From assembly GCA_041310025.1 (NCBI GenBank), contig JBFYYO010000001.1, positions 1 through 62,955 on the forward strand: 62,955 nucleotides of DNA, written 5' to 3'. The stretch comes from Syntrophobacterales bacterium (lineage in GTDB: Bacteria; Desulfobacterota; Syntrophobacteria; Syntrophobacterales; Syntrophobacteraceae). The position numbers and the translations under genes were made by a program. The notes under the pieces were generated by a model, which made no database searches, had not been told where the DNA came from, and saw nothing but the letters and a program-made list of their open reading frames with translations. Below are positions 59,212-62,955 of this stretch, piece after piece (positions within the stretch are counted from its first letter, which is position 1; every line of letters starts with the position of its first letter).

Positions 59212-59355
59212 CCTTCTCCTCTGCGTCAGGCGGCTCAAGCACGTTGGCTCCGGGGATACGTTCCCGGGCACAAAAAAGTGGTTGAAACCGGAACCCAGGA
59301 TGCAAAAACGAACGGCCATGCAGTGTCGGGTCTGCTTCTCAGCACGAGATCTGAT

Positions 59356-59384
59356 ATACTACCAAGCGGCATACTCCCCGGCAA
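59356..59384 (-). promoter_or_regulatory. Candidate extended -10 sigma70 promoter for the cysS-like cluster
   Basis: Minus strand reads TTGCCG (59384-59379), a 17-nt spacer ending in TGG, then TAGTAT (59361-59356). Confidence 0.4.
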
Positions 59385-59497
59385 TCGGCATCCTTGGCCA
59401 ACTCTCCGTGAGGGATCCGGCGCTAGCAACCCTGAAGTGCACGCCGGCGCGGGATACAGGCTCTTGAATCCCTGTGGATTCAGACGAGGAATCTCCC

Positions 59498-61276
59498 ATG
59501 GAGCTGTGGATCTTCTCCTGCATATTGATCACCGCCATCGTCCTCTTCATCTGGGAGAAACTTCCTCTCGACCTGGTGTCCCTGGGAATCCTGACCACGC
59601 TGCTCGCATCGGGAATCCTCAGCCCCGCCGAAGCCCTGGCCGGTTTTTCCAACGCCTCCGTCGTCACCATCGCCGCAATGTTCATGGTGAGTCGCGGCCT
59701 GGTGAGAACCGGTGCCCTCGGGTTTGCCAGCGAGAAGCTGATACGCTATTCCAGGGGTGACGAGAAGAGAATCCTTGTCCTCTCCATGCTGTTGACGGCT
59801 GCGGCCTCTGCCTTCGTCAACAACACGCCCGTCGTGATCCTCATGATTTCGATTCTCATGAGCATCTGCTGTGAATATGGACTGAGCCCGTCCAAGTTTC
59901 TGATCCCCATCTCTTACAGCTCCATTGCCGGCGGCATGTCCACGCTGATCGGGACTTCCACGAACCTGATCGTCAGCGAGCTCAGCCGACAGTCCGGCGC
60001 CGGTCCCCTGGGGATGTTCGAGCTGGCGCCTGTGGGCATCCCTGTGCTCATGGCAGCGCTCGCATTCCTCTACTTCGCCGCCCCGAGGCTTCTCCCCTCC
60101 CACAAGTCCCCCGTTTGTGAGTTGACCGGGAAGCGCGCCCCTCATTACCTGGCTGAATTCAGAGTGCCTGCCCGAAGCAGACTTGTGGGAAAAGACGCCA
60201 CCGCCTTTTTAAAAACCAAATACCCAACCTTCGAGCTGTTTGAAGTCGTGAGGGATGACGCCATCCAATGGCCCGAGAGGGAGCGCATCATCATCGAGGC
60301 CAAGGACCTCCTCCTGGTGAAGGGCTCGGCCAATGAGCTGGTCTCGATCCTCAAGACCGGCCTCGTCGAGCTCCCGGATGGCATGGACCCGTTTCAGCTG
60401 AACAGCCTGCAAGAGACTTCCATGATCGTCGAGCTCGTCATCGCCCCGCAGTCGGCGCTGACGGATGAGAGTCCGCTGCGATCCATCCTCTTGCGGCAGC
60501 TGCACATCCAGGTCATCGCCGTCAAGCGTCGCAGGATTCACTACTCCGAACAGAAGATCAGGAATCTCAGGCTGGCCGTCGGAGATATTCTGCTGACCCG
60601 GTGCAGCCGCGACGCCCTGGACCAGTTGCGCACCCAGGGCGACACGATCATCCTGGAGGATATCCATCATCAGATGATCGATCCCCGAAAGGCACCGCTG
60701 GCGGCGGGAATCGCCCTCGGCATGGTCGCCGTCGCCAGCTTTCAAGTCGTGGATGTCGCCGTCGCCGCATTGGCGGCGGCATTTCTGATGGTGGTCTCCG
60801 GCTGTCTCCAGCTCAAAGATGCGTACCGGGCCATCGATGTCAAGGTGCTGCTCTTGATCGTGAGCACCCTGGCCCTGGGTGCAGCCATGGAGAAGACGGG
60901 CGCCGCGGAGCTCTATGCGGGGAAGCTCATTGAGATGCTGCACGGACTCAGTCCCGTGCTCGTGTTGACCGCATTCATCCTGTTGACCTGTTTCCTGACG
61001 GAGCTCATGAGCAACTCAGCCACCGCCGTCCTGCTGTTTCCCATCGCCATCTCCACAGCCACAGCCCTCGGGGTGAATCCCAAGCCCTTCATCATTGCCG
61101 TGTGCCTGGGGGCGAGCTCGGGCTTCGCCGTTCCCATCGGCTACCAGACCCATATGCTCATCTATGGTCCGGGAGGCTATCGTTTCACGGATTTCCTGAG
61201 GCTGGGCATCCCCATGGACCTGATGACCTGTTCCATCAGTTCTCTGCTCATTCCCGTCTTCTGGCCCCTGGCATGA
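59498..61276 (+). CDS. SLC13/DASS-family permease with two central TrkA-C (RCK_C) domains
   Basis: Trimmed to the ATG at 59498. Hydrophobic N- and C-terminal halves flank two soluble repeats of about 70 aa (RLVGKD...LLLVKGSANEL and PLRSIL...GDILLTRCSRDAL). Confidence 0.85.
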   Translation: MELWIFSCILITAIVLFIWEKLPLDLVSLGILTTLLASGILSPAEALAGFSNASVVTIAAMFMVSRGLVRTGALGFASEKLIRYSRGDEKRILVLSMLLTAAASAFVNNTPVVILMISILMSICCEYGLSPSKFLIPISYSSIAGGMSTLIGTSTNLIVSELSRQSGAGPLGMFELAPVGIPVLMAALAFLYFAAPRLLPSHKSPVCELTGKRAPHYLAEFRVPARSRLVGKDATAFLKTKYPTFELFEVVRDDAIQWPERERIIIEAKDLLLVKGSANELVSILKTGLVELPDGMDPFQLNSLQETSMIVELVIAPQSALTDESPLRSILLRQLHIQVIAVKRRRIHYSEQKIRNLRLAVGDILLTRCSRDALDQLRTQGDTIILEDIHHQMIDPRKAPLAAGIALGMVAVASFQVVDVAVAALAAAFLMVVSGCLQLKDAYRAIDVKVLLLIVSTLALGAAMEKTGAAELYAGKLIEMLHGLSPVLVLTAFILLTCFLTELMSNSATAVLLFPIAISTATALGVNPKPFIIAVCLGASSGFAVPIGYQTHMLIYGPGGYRFTDFLRLGIPMDLMTCSISSLLIPVFWPLA

Positions 61277-61590
61277 CAGCTCCCTTCACCTGCGCCTGTA
61301 TTTTCCTGAATCCAGAAGACGCAGAACCGGCGAGGGAGAGCCAGTTCGTGGACAACGGAGATCAATCGAGCTATAAGCTGATTCCCGACCATGGAGAGCC
61401 GCACTGTAAGACGAATCTCTCGGGGATTGTTGCGATACTTCTCTCTCCACATTCAGGATTGTGCATGACAGCATTTTGTCGACATCTCACCACTCTGCTT
61501 TGGCTAACGCTCCTCGTCGTCGCAATTGGCTCGACCGATCGCCTGTTGGCCATGGACCGCACCAGCCCAGGAGAGAGTGCCTCGGAGGGA

Positions 61591-62451
61591 ATGACGTATT
61601 TCCAGGCTGCCGTCCTCGGAGTCGTGGAGGGGGTGACGGAATATCTGCCCATCAGCTCCACCGGCCATCTGCTCCTGGCTCAACGCATCATGCAGATCGG
61701 CACGGAAGCAGGGAGCCCCCATCCACCCTCTCAGAAGAACAAAACGGCTGCAGACGCCTACGCCATATGTATTCAGGCGGGTGCCATAGTTGCGGTCCTG
61801 GGGCTCTACATGAAGAGAGTGAAGCAGATGTGCCTGGGCATCGCGGGCAGGGATGCACAAGGATTGCGAATGCTCGTCAACCTGGCCGCGGCGTTTTTGC
61901 CCGCAGCCGCACTGGGCTTCTTGCTGCATCGCCTGATCAAGTCCTACCTCTTTGGCCCATGGCCCATCATTTTCGCATGGTTTGTAGGGGGCCTGGCCAT
62001 CCTTTGGATCGAGTGGAGACGCAGATCCAGCCCAGCAAGTCGCCTGCAAGGTGCGGCGCTTTCCTCTTTGAACGTGCGCATGGCACTCGTCATAGGCCTG
62101 GCCCAATGCGTCGCCATGTGGCCCGGTGTGAGCCGCAGTCTGGCCACGATACTGGGAGGCATCATGGTGGGTCTTTCCACCCCTGCGGCCGTCGAATTCA
62201 GTTTTCTGCTGGGCGTGGTGACCCTGGGGGCCGCCACTCTTTTCGATGCGATCCAGCACGGCCAGGAAATGCTGGAAGCCTTCAACGCCCTCGCTCTTCT
62301 GCTTGGTCTGGCGACGGCGTTCCTCTCCGCTGTGGTCTCCGTGAAGTGGATGGTCAACTACCTGAACCGTCACGGCCTCGAGATCTTTGGTTACTATCGG
62401 GTCGGCATTGCTGTGCTGGCAGCGGCGCTCATGATGGGCGGCTGGTTGTAG
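61591..62451 (+). CDS. uppP: Undecaprenyl-diphosphate phosphatase
   Basis: The canonical N-terminus AAVLGVVEGVTEYLPISSTGHLLL starts at the ATG at 61591. The frame is open upstream. An ATG at 61465 (AGGA-N6) would add a 42-aa hydrophobic extension. Confidence 0.85.
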   Translation: MTYFQAAVLGVVEGVTEYLPISSTGHLLLAQRIMQIGTEAGSPHPPSQKNKTAADAYAICIQAGAIVAVLGLYMKRVKQMCLGIAGRDAQGLRMLVNLAAAFLPAAALGFLLHRLIKSYLFGPWPIIFAWFVGGLAILWIEWRRRSSPASRLQGAALSSLNVRMALVIGLAQCVAMWPGVSRSLATILGGIMVGLSTPAAVEFSFLLGVVTLGAATLFDAIQHGQEMLEAFNALALLLGLATAFLSAVVSVKWMVNYLNRHGLEIFGYYRVGIAVLAAALMMGGWL

Positions 62452-62610
62452 GGGCTGGGCGAGTGCTTGAGGGGCTGGAATGTCCTTGGCTTTCCGTGGC
62501 GAGACGTTGAACGATGGTCGTGTGCCACAGGCCGCAGGAAACCCGCGGCACACGGCGCTCATCATCCATCTATACCCGTTTAGGGTGAAATCTTCTTTTT
62601 CTTTGACTCG

Positions 62611-62634
62611 CGCAGAGACGCAGAGGCGCAGAGA
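62611..62634. repeat. Tandem octamer CGCAGAG(A/G) x3
   Basis: CGCAGAGACGCAGAGGCGCAGAGA, read directly in the uppP-downstream non-coding region. Confidence 0.9.
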
Positions 62635-62800
62635 AATGCTGAGAATAGGAGGTCATTACGTTCGTCCGGGTGTTGTGCGAGAATGGATGAAATCATCCTT
62701 AACCGGTATGGTATAGGAGAGCGCAAGTGGATGACCGGTTCCAGTGGGCACGATGAACCTGTGCCTACCACCAATGCATAGGGATTTGCGCCCGGCTGTG

Positions 62801-62955
62801 CTAGCGGGAAATGGGGAAGTCCGCTAATGGCGTGTCGCTCGCGTCTATACCGCTTGTCTTGCCTGTGATCCTGATGCTGTAGTCGTCTCCTGGCTCCAGT
62901 CTTCGGGGAACCCTCCAGTTCAGGGAGCCGCTTCCGTCGCTTTTGTACCTGGCCG
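62801..62955 (-). CDS. 3' end (last 50 codons) of an unidentified gene entering from beyond the window end
   Basis: Reverse frame reads ...SGSLNWRVPRRLEPGDDYSIRITGKTSGIDASDTPLADFPISR, with a stop (TAG) at 62803-62801. The W...Y.I.I pattern looks like a beta-sandwich domain. It is edge-truncated and absent from the ORF track. Confidence 0.35.
   Translation of the reverse strand, partial: ARYKSDGSGSLNWRVPRRLEPGDDYSIRITGKTSGIDASDTPLADFPISR

Noticed and set aside
61102-61590. A long N-terminal extension of UppP overlapping the SLC13 gene end (ORF-track start 61102).
   Set aside because: The frame is merely open. The canonical UppP N-terminus begins at 61591. Only the intermediate ATG at 61465 has an RBS-like AGGA, and it is noted as an alternative.

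Overview
The window is GC-rich and almost entirely coding. I saw no rRNA or tRNA genes, CRISPR arrays, transposases or prophage genes. It reads as core chromosome of an anaerobic deltaproteobacterium. A Syntrophobacter-like propionate oxidiser is my inference from the methylmalonyl-CoA pathway genes and the overall gene content, not a database result.

Gene order:
- glnE-like 5' end (minus strand).
- kdsB, carA, carB, purF, kdsD, and an M48-TPR membrane peptidase.
- queD and a DUF2333-like exported protein (minus strand).
- xerC-hslVU, followed by a long same-strand arginine/lysine block: argB-argD-argF-argG-argH, an FN3-like lipoprotein, then lysA-dapF-dapA-dapB-dapL.
- folK with a translationally coupled TRASH-motif miniprotein, then transaldolase, an SLT transglycosylase, pgsA, a TIGR00300/LOR-SDH-like protein, a nitroreductase, an MBL hydrolase, a lipoprotein, coaBC and a family-4 UDG.
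- nfeD-SPFH, two small ORFs, and the transcarboxylase 5S/biotin-carrier fusion.
- Split methylmalonyl-CoA mutase, meaB and the epimerase.
- A solute-binding protein with a 1200-aa hybrid histidine kinase.
- A minus-strand cluster: cysS-like, trpF-like, DUF1015, an NPPY methyltransferase, an atypical SDR and fabH.
- An SLC13 transporter and uppP.

The best candidate for something undescribed is the minus-strand cluster at 53.0-59.4 kb. By manual alignment to remembered reference sequences, three members have lost canonical catalytic or metal-ligand residues, and they sit beside a domain of unknown function.

Secondary leads:
- Two small proteins wedged between the SPFH/NfeD pair and the transcarboxylase.
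- An enlarged lipoprotein at the syntenic position of LptM/LppL.
- Several long structured or repeat-bearing non-coding regions.

All functional calls come from motif recognition in the supplied translations. No searches were run.
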